A stretch of DNA of 62,770 nucleotides, the filler included, from Octopus bimaculoides (lineage: Eukaryota): the NCBI RefSeq assembly GCF_001194135.2. It is 5 parts of 5 records of this genome, joined end to end, with 100 filler letters (N's around TTAATTAATTAA, not from the genome) between each part and the next. Parts side by side here need not be neighbours in the genome. Positions count along the whole stretch, not along the records: positions 1 to 27,546 come from NW_026297134.1; positions 27,647 to 31,724 come from NC_068981.1; positions 31,825 to 46,493 come from NC_068982.1; 2 more parts are not named here. One strand, written 5' to 3'. The position numbers and the translations under genes were made by a program. The notes beneath the pieces are model-generated. The model ran no database searches. It was not told the origin of the DNA and saw only the letters and a list, made by a program, of their open reading frames with translations. The first letter of the stretch is position 1; every line of letters starts with the position of its first letter. Of the stretch, positions 22,125 through 34,254 are shown piece by piece.

Positions 22125-23806
22125 TTGCTCCAATCAGATTTGGCAGAGTTTCTCCAGCTGGATGCCCTTCCTAACGCCAACCACTCCAAGAGTGTAGTGG
22201 GTGATTTACGTGCCACCAGCACAAGAGCTAGTCAGGCAGTACTGGCAACAACCACACTCAAATGGAGTTTTTATGTGTTACCTGCTCAGGAGCCAGTCCA
22301 GCAGCACTGGCAACTCCCTCGCTCGAAAGTTGTTTTTTATGTACTACCGGCACAAGTGCCAGTAAGGTGACTCTGGTAACGATCACACTTGAATGCTGCT
22401 TCTATGTACCACCAGTGCACGGTCCAGCCAGCGGCCCTGGCAACGATCGTGCTCGGATGGTGCTCTTAGCGTTCCACTAGCACGGATGCCAGTCATGCGG
22501 TGCTGTCATCAAATTTGATTTCGGTTTCACTTGCTTCAACAGGTCTTCATAAGCAGAGTTTAGTATCCAATGAAAGAAAGGTACGCCTAAGTGGGCTGGT
22601 TACACCACTGGCATAGGCCACGGGTTATGGTCTCACTTGGCTGCCAGGTCTTCTCCAGCACAGCATATTTCCAACGGTCATTGCCTCGATGAGGCCTAAT
22701 GTTCGAAGGTCATGCTTCACTACCTCATCCCAGGTCTTCCTGGGTCTACCTCTTCCACAGTAGCTCTCAACTGCTTGGGTGTAACACTTTTCACACAGCT
22801 ATCCTCATCCATTCTTATCACATGACCATACCAGCGCAATCGTCTCTCTTGCACACTACATCTGATGCTTCTTAGGTCCAACTTTTCTCTCAAGGAACTT
22901 ACACTCTGTCGAGTATGCACACTGACATTACAGATCCATTGGAGCATACTGGCTTCGTTTCTTGCAAGCTTACACATGTCTTCTGCAGTCACGGCCGATG
23001 TTTCATAGCCATGTAGCATGGCTGATCGTACATATGCATCATACCGTCTACCTTTTACTCTGAGCGAGAGGCCCTTTGTCACCAGCAGAGGTAGGAGCTC
23101 TCTGAACTTTGCCCAGGCTATTCTTATTCTAGCAGCTACACTTTCAGAGCACCCACCCCCGCTACTAACTTGGTCATGTAAGTAAAGGACGCTATCAACT
23201 ACTTATAGGTTTTCTCCCTGGAATGTGGCAGAAGTTGTTCTCTGCAAATTTTCAGTGTTTATAGCTCCTGATCATCTGCTACATACAAAAACTCTCTTCC
23301 TAGTTAGCTTTCCTTTGATGTTGCTGTATCTCTTATGTGTCCATAGCTTACACTGGGTATATCTTATAGAGTTTCTACCCACGCCTTTTCTACAGATCAA
23401 GCAGGGCCATCTACCTGAAGATGTTTGAGGTTTGTCTACCTTCCTACTTATTAGGACTTTGGTTCTAGTACTTGCTTCCACACCTGAAACTTCTCCTCTA
23501 GTTCTGTTCGTGACTCAGCAATTATTGCAAGGTTATCAGCATAGAGGAGCTCCCAGGGGCAACCTGTCTTGAATTCCTGTGTTATTGGCTGGAAGACTAT
23601 GATAAATAGGAGGGAGCTGAGGACTGAACCTTCGTTGACCCCTACCTCTACTCAGAATTCTTCACTGTACTCTTTGCCAACCCTCACCTTACTGACAGCG
23701 TCCCTGTACATGGCTCGAACAGCTCTCACTAACCATTCATCTATCCCTAGTTTCCTCATTGACCACCAGATATGGGATCAGGGGACTTTCAGGGCTTTCT
23801 CCATAT
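22125..23806 (-). mobile_element. Second RTE-clade LINE copy, same family as 15490-17310, opposite orientation
   Basis: GRWPCLICRKGVGRNSIRYTQCKLWTHKR, RRYDAYVRSAMLHG, ERRLRWYGHVIRMDEDSCVK, and the same 3' UTR. The 5' end runs into a gap. Confidence 0.92.
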
Positions 23807-25094
23807 ANNNNNNNNNNNNNNNNNNNNNNNNNNNNNNNNNNNNNNNNNNNNNNNNNNNNNNNNNNNNNNNNNNNNNNNNNNNNNNNNNNNNNNNNNNNNN
23901 NNNNNNNNNNNNNNNNNNNNNNNNNNNNNNNNNNNNNNNNNNNNNNNNNNNNNNNNNNNNNNNNNNNNNNNNNNNNNNNNNNNNNNNNNNNNNNNNNNNN
24001 NNNNNNNNNNNNNNNNNNNNNNNNNNNNNNNNNNNNNNNNNNNNNNNNNNNNNNNNNNNNNNNNNNNNNNNNNNNNNNNNNNNNNNNNNNNNNNNNNNNN
24101 NNNNNNNNNNNNNNNNNNNNNNNNNNNNNNNNNNNNNNNNNNNNNNNNNNNNNNNNNNNNNNNNNNNNNNNNNNNNNNNNNNNNNNNNNNNNNNNNNNNN
24201 NNNNNNNNNNNNNNNNNNNNNNNNNNNNNNNNNNNNNNNNNNNNNNNNNNNNNNNNNNNNNNNNNNNNNNNNNNNNNNNNNNNNNNNNNNNNNNNNNNNN
24301 NNNNNNNNNNNNNNNNNNNNNNNNNNNNNNNNNNNNNNNNNNNNNNNNNNNNNNNNNNNNNNNNNNNNNNNTATATATACACATCAAAATACACAGATGC
24401 ATACATAGAGATAATCTATGTATATGGGTATATATTTGCAAGACAAAAATATGTACATGAATACAAATTTATACACATACACACGCAGTTAGCTCGTGCA
24501 CGGAAAAACTTATGCGCTGGTAACAAAAATTGATTCTTAACCTATGAAGTAGAGGGGGAAGGGTTACACGTCGATAATAACGTTAGCAATATAGAAAGAG
24601 AGAAAGTGTGGCTATCGTGAGGTAGGAAAGGAAGAAAGAAAAAAGAAAGAAAGGAAGAAAAGAGAGAAAGGAGGATGGGAAGAAAGAAATAGAGAAAGAA
24701 AGGGAGAAGGAAAACGAACTTACACAAAATTAGGCTGTGTATGTATGTGTATACACAGATTTATATTAGCATCCCGTATATAGATATATATGGGGATATA
24801 TACGGAAATACTCACACACATAACTGTATATATGTGTATGCACACATTCAAGTATTTGTGAGCGTGAACCTGAGCGCACATTTCCATATATAACATAGAG
24901 GCACACACGCGAATAAATGCATGTATGTGTAAATAAATATAAGCATACACTCTTACTCATGTATACACAAAAACGCACACACACGAAATCATAACTGTAT
25001 ATGCACAAGTCACAAGTGTAAACCTAGGCTCTGTACGTAAGCATAGACGCACACATACAAATACGTGAACGTTGTTACAATACAGACATCCACA

Positions 25095-25655
25095 TAAGAA
25101 AACATTTAGGTCTCAGCGTATACATGTAGACAACTCTTTAAGAAATTGGTGGGTGTATAAAATTTAAAATCGGGCGAAAATCCATGCATAATAGAATTCC
25201 ATATGACGAACCGTCCATAAAAACGGTAAAATCTGTATACAAAATGTTTTAAAATAAATACAAATAGAATAGAACAAAGTAAAACAAGGAAAAAGAAAAG
25301 AAAACTATGCATATAACAGTCGAAGGTTTTCTTAAAATGACGCAGGGGTCTATACAATATTCTTACATTAAATAAATAATTTATAATGCGGTACCAATCC
25401 CATAGTAAGATTGCACAATGGTTACAAGGAGTCAAACATTATCAAAAAAATATATCTACACTACTCATATGGTATGTTGTTTGCCGACATTTTAAATTTG
25501 GACGCATGTCTATGTGAATTTAAAAGTTCGCGTCTTTGGTTCAGAGCCTTCTTATCTTGGAATAAGATATGCAACTTTTCCAACAGACACAATTCACATT
25601 TCATTGGTCTTTTATGGACACCGTGCCTGTAAGGCGATGCCCTACCTAAAATCCT
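25095..25655 (-). repeat. Inverted partial terminal repeat (pLTR) of the adjacent Penelope-like element
   Basis: The reverse complement of 25541-25655 matches 27447-27546 (attttaggtagggcat..acaggcacggt..ttggaaaagttgcatatcttattccaagataagaa.gctctg) and continues as ..NQRRELLNSHRHASKFKM. The lower boundary is approximate. Confidence 0.85.
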
Positions 25656-25759
25656 GTGTATTTTGATGTATATATATATATGTTGTGGATAGTCTAGTAT
25701 GCGTATATACTATTGTAATTTTATTTTATTTTTAATGCAACGTATATTTTATTTTATTT

Positions 25760-27546
25760 CATAAAGACGTTTACAAGCGTCTAATTTCGAATTGCATCAC
25801 TGACACACAAAAAAGACAACACAAATTTATACAAAGAGGTGAATTTAGAGGCAAGAAAAATAGCTAACAATCTTAAGATTAGTGATAGAATAGAATACCT
25901 TTCCGTCCGTCCTGCTTTTATTACCCTAAAAGACCATAAAGCCAATTTTAATAGAAACCCCAGATGTAGATTGATTAATCCCGCAAAAACCGAAATAGGG
26001 ATCATTAGCAAATATATTTTAGATCGAATTTAACTAAGTTAGATAGTGATTTAAATTTACGGATTTGGAAGAATAATAAGTCAGTAATAGATTGACTTAA
26101 AGGGATTAGCAATAAGCATAGCTGCAAATTTACGCAGTTCGATATTGTTAATTTTTACCCATCAGTATCCAGACCTTTGCTCCTGAAAGCATTAGAATTC
26201 GCCAAGCAGTTTGTCAACATCGACAGCTCGGAAATAGATATTATCATGCATACAAGAAAATCACTTCTTTTTTATGAGGAATCCACCTGGATTAAAAAGA
26301 GTGAAGATTCTCTTTTCGATGTACCGATGGGGGCATACGACGAGGCTGAATTGTGTACGCTTATAGGAGCTTACATNNNNNNNNNNNNNNNNNNNNNNNN
26401 NNNNNNNNNNNNNNNNNNNNNNNNNNNNNNNNNNNNNNNNNNNNNNNNNNNNNNNNNNNNNNNNNNNNNNNNNNNNNNNNNNNNNNNNNNNNNNNNNNNN
26501 NNNNNNNNNNNNNNNNNNNNNNNNNNNNNNNNNNNNNNNNNNNNNNNNNNNNNNNNNNNNNTTAAACGGCCACGAAGTGGATAAGTTTAGGAAGGATCTT
26601 ATAGCTTTCTTCCAAAGGATAGGCTTGCGGATTACAATAGATACTAACCTCAGAAAAGTAAATTTCTTAGATGTAAATTTAGAATTGAATTCAGATATAT
26701 TTAAACCTTACCGTAAACCAAATGATAAATTATCCTATATTAGCAGAGAATCCAACCATCCACCTGTTATTCTTAGAAACTTAGTTAGCAACGTAGGTAG
26801 GCGAATATCGTCAATTTCTGCGGACGAGGCAACATTCTGTAACGCGGCACCGTATTATGATAGTGCTTTAAGGAATAGTGGATTCTCTGAGAGGATCCAG
26901 TACACCCAGTCTAATGCTGGCAGCAGCCCGGCACGTAGAACTAGGACTAGGAAAGTTTTGTGGTTCAGCCCAGCTTTCAATATGGCTGTAAGAACTAATA
27001 TAGGTAAAGAATTTTTAAAATTGGTCTCTAGGCACTTTCAACCTGATCATAAGTTTTACAGAATATTCAATAGAAGAACTCTTAAGATCAGCTATTATTG
27101 CTGCTAAAACTTCGCCTCTTTGATCGTCCAGCACAACAATAAGATAATTACCAAAACCCATAATGCCGACTCACTTACAAAGAGCTGTAATTGCAAAGCT
27201 CGAACCCCCTGTCCGTTGGAAGGGAGATGTCTAGAAAGGGGCATCGTGTATAGGGCCAAAGTTCACATAGAAGGCTCGCACGATTATAGAACTCATGCAG
27301 GGGCTACGAAAAATTATTTAAAACCAGGCTTTATTCACACAAAAAATTATTTTAGATACCCCGAAAATAGGACAAAGACTATCCTGGCAAAATACGTCTG
27401 GCAGTTAAAGGAGAACGAAGTCCAACCTTTCAACGTGACATGGAAGATTTTAGGTAGGGCATTCGCCTAACAGGCACGGTGCCCATAAAAGACAAATGTG
27501 TTTGTTGGAAAAGTTGCATATCTTATTCCAAGATAAGAAAGCTCTG
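25760..27546 (+). mobile_element. Penelope-like element (RT plus GIY-YIG endonuclease), 5'-truncated and decayed
   Basis: AFITLKDHK.NF..NPRCRLINPAKTEIG, FDIVNFYPS, FDVPMGAYDEAELC, VNFLDVNL, YRKPND, SNHPP, and the endonuclease region CNCKARTPCPLEGRC..IVYRAKV..AGAT..W.IL. The catalytic DD falls in a gap. Confidence 0.92.
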
Positions 27547-27646
27547 NNNNNNNNNNNNNNNNNNNNNNNNNNNNNNNNNNNNNNNNNNNNTTAATTAATT
27601 AANNNNNNNNNNNNNNNNNNNNNNNNNNNNNNNNNNNNNNNNNNNN
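27547..27646. other. 100-bp unsized scaffold gap containing a synthetic TTAATTAATTAA spacer; also at about 31725-31824, 46494-46593 and 58921-59020
   Basis: Exactly 44 N, 12 nt, 44 N here, with the same 12-mer inside three other N-runs. Confidence 0.9.
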
Positions 27647-30600
27647 CATACGGAAGACCATCAAGTCCCGGTGACCTACCCGCTTTACAGTCGGCCAAAG
27701 CCTCCTTCACCTTCCCAGGCGTGATTGGACCTTCGCAAGACTCCGCATCCGACCCCGAGAGACACGGCAGACCGGCAAGAAAGTCCTCGAGGGCTCTCCC
27801 ACCATCAGGACCGCCGTCACCCCCGAACAGCTGGGCGAAGTACTTCCGAAAGGCCTCACACATTTTCTCGGGTTCGTTTATCAAGACGCCATTATGTTTC
27901 GTCAAAGACCGTATAATGGAACTGTTTCGTTGCCGAGATTCCACCACTCGGGCCCATCCAGAGGTTTTGATTCCTTCACTTCCCATCGCACGTAACTTAG
28001 CTCTGGCAATACTTCCCATATGTTGGCCTTCAAGATGCTGGTTTAACTCCAGTCTTTTCACCTTCACTTAGTCCGCATTGCTAGTCCTCCAGGCTTCTTC
28101 TAGTTCCTTAACTATACCATCTCCTATTCTACGTCCCTTCTTAGCTAAACTTATGCTAAACCTAGTAGACTCATATTTGATGGCTCTTTGTTATTAATGA
28201 TGGTATCTGTCAATGCCCTCTGTATTAACATCTTGATCGGCTTTCTGTTTTCCTCAATCGTCAAAAGGGACGTATTGAATTTCCAGTAGCCAGATCCCTG
28301 ACTATGTAACTTATCTATTGTCAGTTTACAGGTAACCATCTTGTGGTCACTGTAGCTGACTAGAAAAAACTGTGGACACTTAGCTATAGACTTATCTGTT
28401 TCTCTAATTAAAATCCTATCTAGATATGTTCTGGAAGACCCGTCACTATNNNNNNNNNNNNNNNNNNNNNNNNNNNNNNNNNNNNNNNNNNNNNNNNNNN
28501 NNNNNNNNNNNNNNNNNNNNNNNNNNNNNNNNNNNNNNNNNNNNNNNNNNNNNNNNNNNNNNNNNNNNNNNNNNNNNNNNNNNNNNNNNNNNNNNNNNNN
28601 NNNNNNNNNNNNNNNNNNNNNNNNNNNNNNNNNNNNNNNNNNNNNNNNNNNNNNNNNNNNNNNNNNNNNNNNNNNNNNNNNNNNNNNNNNNNNNNNNNNN
28701 NNNNNNNNNNNNNNNNNNNNNNNNNNNNNNNNNNNNNNNNNNNNNNNNNNNNNNNNNNNNNNNNNNNNNNNNNNNNNNNNNNNNNNNNNNNNNNNNNNNN
28801 NNNCCCTTTACTCTGGTTTCCGTTGCAACAATCACATCCAATTTTCTTGACCTGATGTCATTTAGGAAGCGTCCTTGCTTCCAGCTAGACAACAGGCCAC
28901 GAACATTTAAACAACCAATGTGAACAGACACGTCTTACCTGTTAATCAGGGCTTGTCCGGTGGAGAGGGACTCTCCACTTTTTCTTGATACAGGGTCGGA
29001 GGTGGCAGGTCTTGGGAAATAGGTTTGTTAAAATCCAGTCACATTACAGAATTAACAGGTGGAGGTGGGGTCTCCACCTTTTCTTTTTCTCGCGTTATCG
29101 GGGCTGGTAGTCCATTAAATATAGACTTATTAAAGTCCAGTCTCATAGATGATACTGACTTACGGTGTTTGTTTTGTAAAATTCTATGTGTCTTATTTGA
29201 GACTTCATACACGTCATAATTGTTGTATTTCTCCGAAAGGTTATCTATTTTTTTGTAGTCTTAATTAATTGAATGTCTCTCATTAGTTCACTATCTTTAC
29301 TGTATACGGCTATTATGCCTTTCTCCTCTTTTTCTCTTCTTGCAGTCTTTTTTGGTCGTTGTTCTGTAGTAGTCGCCACTCTCGGTTGAGCTGCTGATTG
29401 TATTTTTCTTTTGTTTGTTGTTTTCTTCTCGTCTTTTTCTTCTTTTTCCTCTTTTTCTTCTTTCTCCTCTTCCTCGTCTTCCTCATTTTCCTTGCAGTTC
29501 CTTCGAATGTGGTCTAATTGACCGCACAAAAAACACCGGGGTTTTCGACCCTCAACAAACACTACTAGGTTCTTCTCCCCTATCTGAATTGACTCGGGAA
29601 TTGCTTCAATTATTTTTGGGTCAGCTTGGATAATGAGACTAACTGTTTGACCAGTCCAGTTAGCGTTTTCGATAACGGCAACCTGGAGGAGGGTAATTTT
29701 CTCTTCCTCTTTGACTAGGACTGCCTCCACCACCCACATAGGATTCACTTCCGGTGGGACCCTTGTTATATTAATTATGGACGTTCTCATCCCCATATAG
29801 GTGGGGATGAGCGCCACGTCTTCCGTTTTCAGGGTCTCTATGGAATGCTTTTGTGTCATTTCCTTGTTGGCAAACCTTACTTCCACTGTGCCAAACTTCT
29901 TGCCTCTTGTCACATACACTACGTCGCTCCATATTTTCTTCAAACACTTTTCAATCTTCTCTTCTGTAAATCATTCGATTTTTCTTTTTGTAAACAATAA
30001 GTTTTAAATATTATTGTTTTCTGTTTTTTGTCTAGCATAAATTGCTCCGGTGGTTGTATTTTAACCACGCTATCGTTCACTTCCATTATTTTTCTATATT
30101 TCATGTAGTCTGACTTGTTCGTCGAAAGCTGCCGGGTTCCACCCCCAGCTGCCAACGCAAAACTTTTTTTTCCTTTCTCGCCTGCTCAGTCTGGATGCTA
30201 GGCGCATCGATAATCCTTTTGGTCACAATACTTTCTGACAAAGTCGGGAAATCTTCTTGTGAAAGCTCTGACGAGCTTTCCGACACGTTTCCAAATATTT
30301 CATACATCCTGCTGTGCGCTTTGGTAACGGGGGAATTACAAATTCCTTTTTCGGGAGAATCCACTGGTTTTTCACTTGTAGTTGGCTCCTCGCCAAACAA
30401 CAAGAAATATTTCGTCTCACTAGACATTTCTGTGCCAACGTTAGGCCTCTCGCTAGACGACATTCTTCCCCCTAACGGGGGAATGAACAAGCGTGTGCTT
30501 TCTACAAGCACTTAGTGTTTTCAAATAAAAACTCCAACAGTTAGAAATTTAACAGAAACTGCAGTTAATAAAAGAGTAGTTATTATAAATAATATCACTA
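27647..30600 (-). mobile_element. Tx1/L1-clade LINE: ORF1 (CCHC knuckle), APE endonuclease, start of RT
   Basis: ORF1 pieces from about 30511 to 28950 include CFLCGQLDHIRRNC. ORF2 begins near 28931 with IGCLNVRGL..VATET, then SDHKMV, GSGYWKFNTSLL and GRSPGLDGLPY before a gap. Confidence 0.9.
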
Positions 30601-31289
30601 ATAAACAGCAATTTTCACCACGAACACATGTGCGACGCGTAACCAACAAACTCACGGAGACGTTATACCACGAAGCATTTCGCCCGGCGTGCTAACGTTT
30701 CTGCCAGCTCGCCGCCTTTTTCAGTTCAAATATTACAGCATAATTTCCAAAAATTCAAATTATAAACTACATCGCCGTTCTTATCCCAAAACTGTATATC
30801 AATATCAGATATATTAATTAATTCAGGAGAAAATAGTTTCCAGTAATTTAAATTCCAGAGGAGTACGTTTTTTTTTCAAAGGAAATATGCTTAAAAAAGA
30901 GAAAACTAAACTGTTTATCACTCTAATGTTATTCAATGAATACATAGTTTGATTCAGTCATGCAGGAGAAGATTAGCTACATGCATATACTACACGTCCT
31001 TCATCTAGTACATGTTAACTTTTAATTATTTCTCTTTTTGAAAAATAATCTATACTAACAAGTAAAGTTAATCACTATATCTAAGTCGCTGTTCCATGTT
31101 ACTACTAGTCTAACCCCAGGCAGATCTTCCACCAGCTGGTTATCGGTGCGGCGTTGCACCATTTATATATTGCTAGTCGGGTAAGTGAACCCTACGGTCC
31201 TCTGGGCTCGCGAGGCTGATTCAGTTTCGAGCTGCTAGAGGTTCATTCCCCTGCTAGCAATATATTGTGTATAATTAGCTGCTTATATA

Positions 31290-31510
31290 TATTCTTTTAT
31301 TCTTTTATTTGTTTCAGTCATTTGACTGCGGCCATGCAGGAGCGTCGACTGTAGTCGAACAAGTCGACCTCAGGACTTATTCTTTGTAAGCCTAGTACTT
31401 ATCCTATGGGTCTCTTTTGCCGAACCGCTGAGTTAGGGGGACGTGAACACACCAATGTCAGTTGTCAAGCGATGGTGGTGGTGGGGGACAAATACAGACA
31501 CACAAACATA
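31290..31510 (-). mobile_element. SINE 3' half
   Basis: tttcagtcatttgactgcggccatgc.ggagc..gtcgacctcaggacttattctttgtaagcctagtacttat, the reverse complement of the SINE tail seen elsewhere. Confidence 0.8.
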
Positions 31511-31859
31511 TACACACATATCGTATATATATATATATATATATTTCGTTTTTGGATTTGGTTTGCAAGTGAGTTCATGTGTTGAAGCATATTCTGATGT
31601 GCCTGGGGTGGGAGTCTTTTCCACTTATTTCTTATTTTTATTTTCCTAAAATTTTCCTTGCGTCTTGCAATCTTTTCAATAGTCAAGACTATTAAAAATA
31701 AGAAAAATAAAAAATAAGTGGAAANNNNNNNNNNNNNNNNNNNNNNNNNNNNNNNNNNNNNNNNNNNNTTAATTAATTAANNNNNNNNNNNNNNNNNNNN
31801 NNNNNNNNNNNNNNNNNNNNNNNNTATATATATATATATATATATATATCTTTGGCATT

Positions 31860-32210
31860 ATATTGTGCTTGAGAAGAAGACCTATCAAGCTGAGCAAAAT
31901 GACAATCATAGCAGATACTGGTATCATGCAAATTGGTACCTATGCTGGTGGCACGTAAATGTATCCCAGTGTCATGCAAATGGCACGTAAAATCACCCAT
32001 TACACTCTCAGAGTGGTTGCCATAGAAAACCATGCCAACCCAGTCAAATTGTCCAACCTGTGCCAGCATGGACAATGAATGTTAAATGATGATGACGTCC
32101 GTTTTCCATGCTAGCATGGGTTGGACGATTTGACTGAGGACTGGTGATCCAAATGGCTGCACCAGGCTCCAATCTGATTTGGCTGAGTTTCTACAGCTGG
32201 ATGCCCTCCC
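31860..32210. mobile_element. Two RTE 3'-tail copies joined tail-to-tail
   Basis: A + copy ends at ..gttaaatgatgatg (about 32095) and is immediately followed by a - copy (acgtccgttttccatgctagcatgggttggacg..). Confidence 0.8.
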
Positions 32211-32319
32211 TAATGGGAACTGAATCAAACTGTTTTAAATAATACATGTAATTTCTACTAAATGTGTTGAGTGCTTTTTTCTTTCATTTGTCCACTCACT
32301 TGTATACATACATACATGA

Positions 32320-32525
32320 TGGCCGTCCACTCGTGACCGAGGAAGACCATTGCTGACCTTCAGGAACATTGTGCGCTCTAGGACTAACTTATATTTTGCA
32401 TTTGTGGCTCCGTTGGTGGCTAATGAGCCCTGCTCTTGACAAGCATACACGACTGCAAACATTGCAGACCAAGCTTTCCCCATTCACTATACGAGCCGTG
32501 CGCTTTTGCGCAGCTCGCTTAAGTT
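32320..32525 (-). mobile_element. 3' end of an RTE-type LINE with a C-terminal C2H2 finger
   Basis: KRAAQKRTAR..LVCNVCSRVCLSRAGLISHQRSH*, followed by a short 3' UTR running into (atgt)n. Confidence 0.75.
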
Positions 32526-33400
32526 CATTCATACATACATACTTACATATGTATATGTATATATCTGTGTACACATATATATATGTTTGTGTATATGTAT
32601 GTATGTGTTATGTGCCACATTAAAAGCACTACTCACCTATGCTTGTGCCACATAAAAAGCACTATATCCACTCTGCTGAGTGGTTGGTGTTAGGAAGGGC
32701 ATTCAGCTGTAAAAATCCTACGATAACAGTCACAGAAGTCTGATGCAGGCTTTGACTTGGTTGGCTCTTCTGGTACCGTCCCACCCATGCTAGCATGGAA
32801 CGCAGACGTTAAATGATGACAATGATGATATATGTTTACACACACACACACATACACATAAACATACAGAAACACACATACACATACTCATGCACACATA
32901 TATAATGAGGTTTGCAGCAAAGAATGTCATGTCACATCTATTGATTATGACTATCCATGATAGCCTTTACTGGTCACTTACATATATCATTGTGCAGATC
33001 ATTTGCAATTGCTTTGTAGGTGTGCCATCTTGAATGCTTGATAATGATTAATACTGAGTCAGGTGTTGTTTTTTTTATTCGACCAGTTATACTAGTATAC
33101 TGTTTATATTTATTTTACTAATTAACAGAATGTATGTAATTTCAGCTTGATCTCAATAGTAATGAGACTCAAATGAATACATTATTGAAAAACTATCATT
33201 TAAACATTCGATCCCTTAGCTTAGTAGCTTAGTTTCTATCAAACCTCATATTTTGATAAATAATTCATAAAAGGTCAAAGTTAATTGCATTGTAACAGTT
33301 CTACATGAAGCAGTATGGTTTAGGAATTAGTCAATGTTGTACATAGCATTGTAAGAATATAATCTCAATCAAATCGAAATCAAATGGAAATTGTAGTTGT

Positions 33401-33962
33401 GGCCGATGCCAGTGCCACCTGACTGGTTTCCATGCTGGTGGCATGCAATAAGCACTATTCATGCATGGGTTGATGCCAGTGCTGCCTGACTGGCTTCCCA
33501 CGCTGTTGGCACGTAAAAAGTACCAGCCGAATGTGGTTGATGCCAGCAACCCCTGCCCTGACTGGCTCCCAGTGCTGATGGCACATAAAAAGCACTATCC
33601 AAACATGGCCGATGCCAGTGCCGCCTGACTGGCTCCCATGCCAGTGGCATATAAAAAGCACCATCCGAATGTGGTCGATGCCAGCTCCCTTCCCCTGCCC
33701 TGACTGGCTCCCAGTGCTGGTAGCACATAAAAAGCACTATCCGAACATGGCCGATGCCAGTGCCGCCTGACTGGCTCCCGTGCTAGTGGCATGTAAAAAG
33801 CACCCACTACACTCTCGGAGTGGTTGGCATTAGGAAGGGAATCCAGCTGTAGAAATCTTGCCAGATCAGATTGGAGCCTGGTGCAGCCTCCTGGATTGCC
33901 AGTCCCCACTCAAACCATCCAACCCATGCCAGCATGGAAAACGGACGTTAAATGATGATGAT
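33401..33962 (+). repeat. Six-unit 66-76 bp minisatellite fused to an RTE-LINE 3' tail
   Basis: gatgccag starts at 33405, 33472, 33539, 33611, 33677 and 33753. The same tail as 17150-17310 follows and ends in gatgatgat. Confidence 0.9.
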
Positions 33963-34215
33963 ATTTTAAAAGAAAATTTTGTTGTTGCATTACATGTGCT
34001 TGGATTGAATAGCATATTTGCTTCTATGAATATATCAAAGTAATATCATTATCTTAAAGCAGATTTAAGGACAATTGAACATTTACTTTGGTGTGCCTCT
34101 ATATTGTTAGTTGAGTTGAATTTATTATGAAAATCACGTTGATTGAGGCTTCAGGTTTCATCTATCAGCTTGCTTACACAACTAGTCTTTTGCATATATA
34201 CATACATACATACAT

Positions 34216-34254
<39 letters not shown>

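Noticed and set aside
21843-22480. GC-richer ORFs (175 aa etc.) here and at 825-1232, 27721-28071 and 42499-42819
   Set aside because: They are antisense or off-frame readings of SINE, LINE or transposase sequence.
25203-25230. atgacga-accgt..acggt-aaaa hairpin as a hammerhead in the pLTR
   Set aside because: It has two core mismatches and is antisense to the element's orientation in this inverted copy.
26093-26095. In-frame TGA in the Penelope-like RT as possible selenocysteine
   Set aside because: It falls where Trp is expected (VID-W), consistent with TGG-to-TGA decay. The copy also has TAA stops and frameshifts, and no SECIS was identified.
32978-33056. Minus-strand segment ending in a strong GTAAGT donor as the next SRCR exon
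   Set aside because: There is no SRCR motif, the acceptor is poor, and the required phase-2 reading hits a stop.
33401-33803. CRISPR-like repeat periodicity with palindromic units
   Set aside because: There are no unique spacers or cas genes, the context is eukaryotic, and the unit belongs to a LINE 3' UTR.
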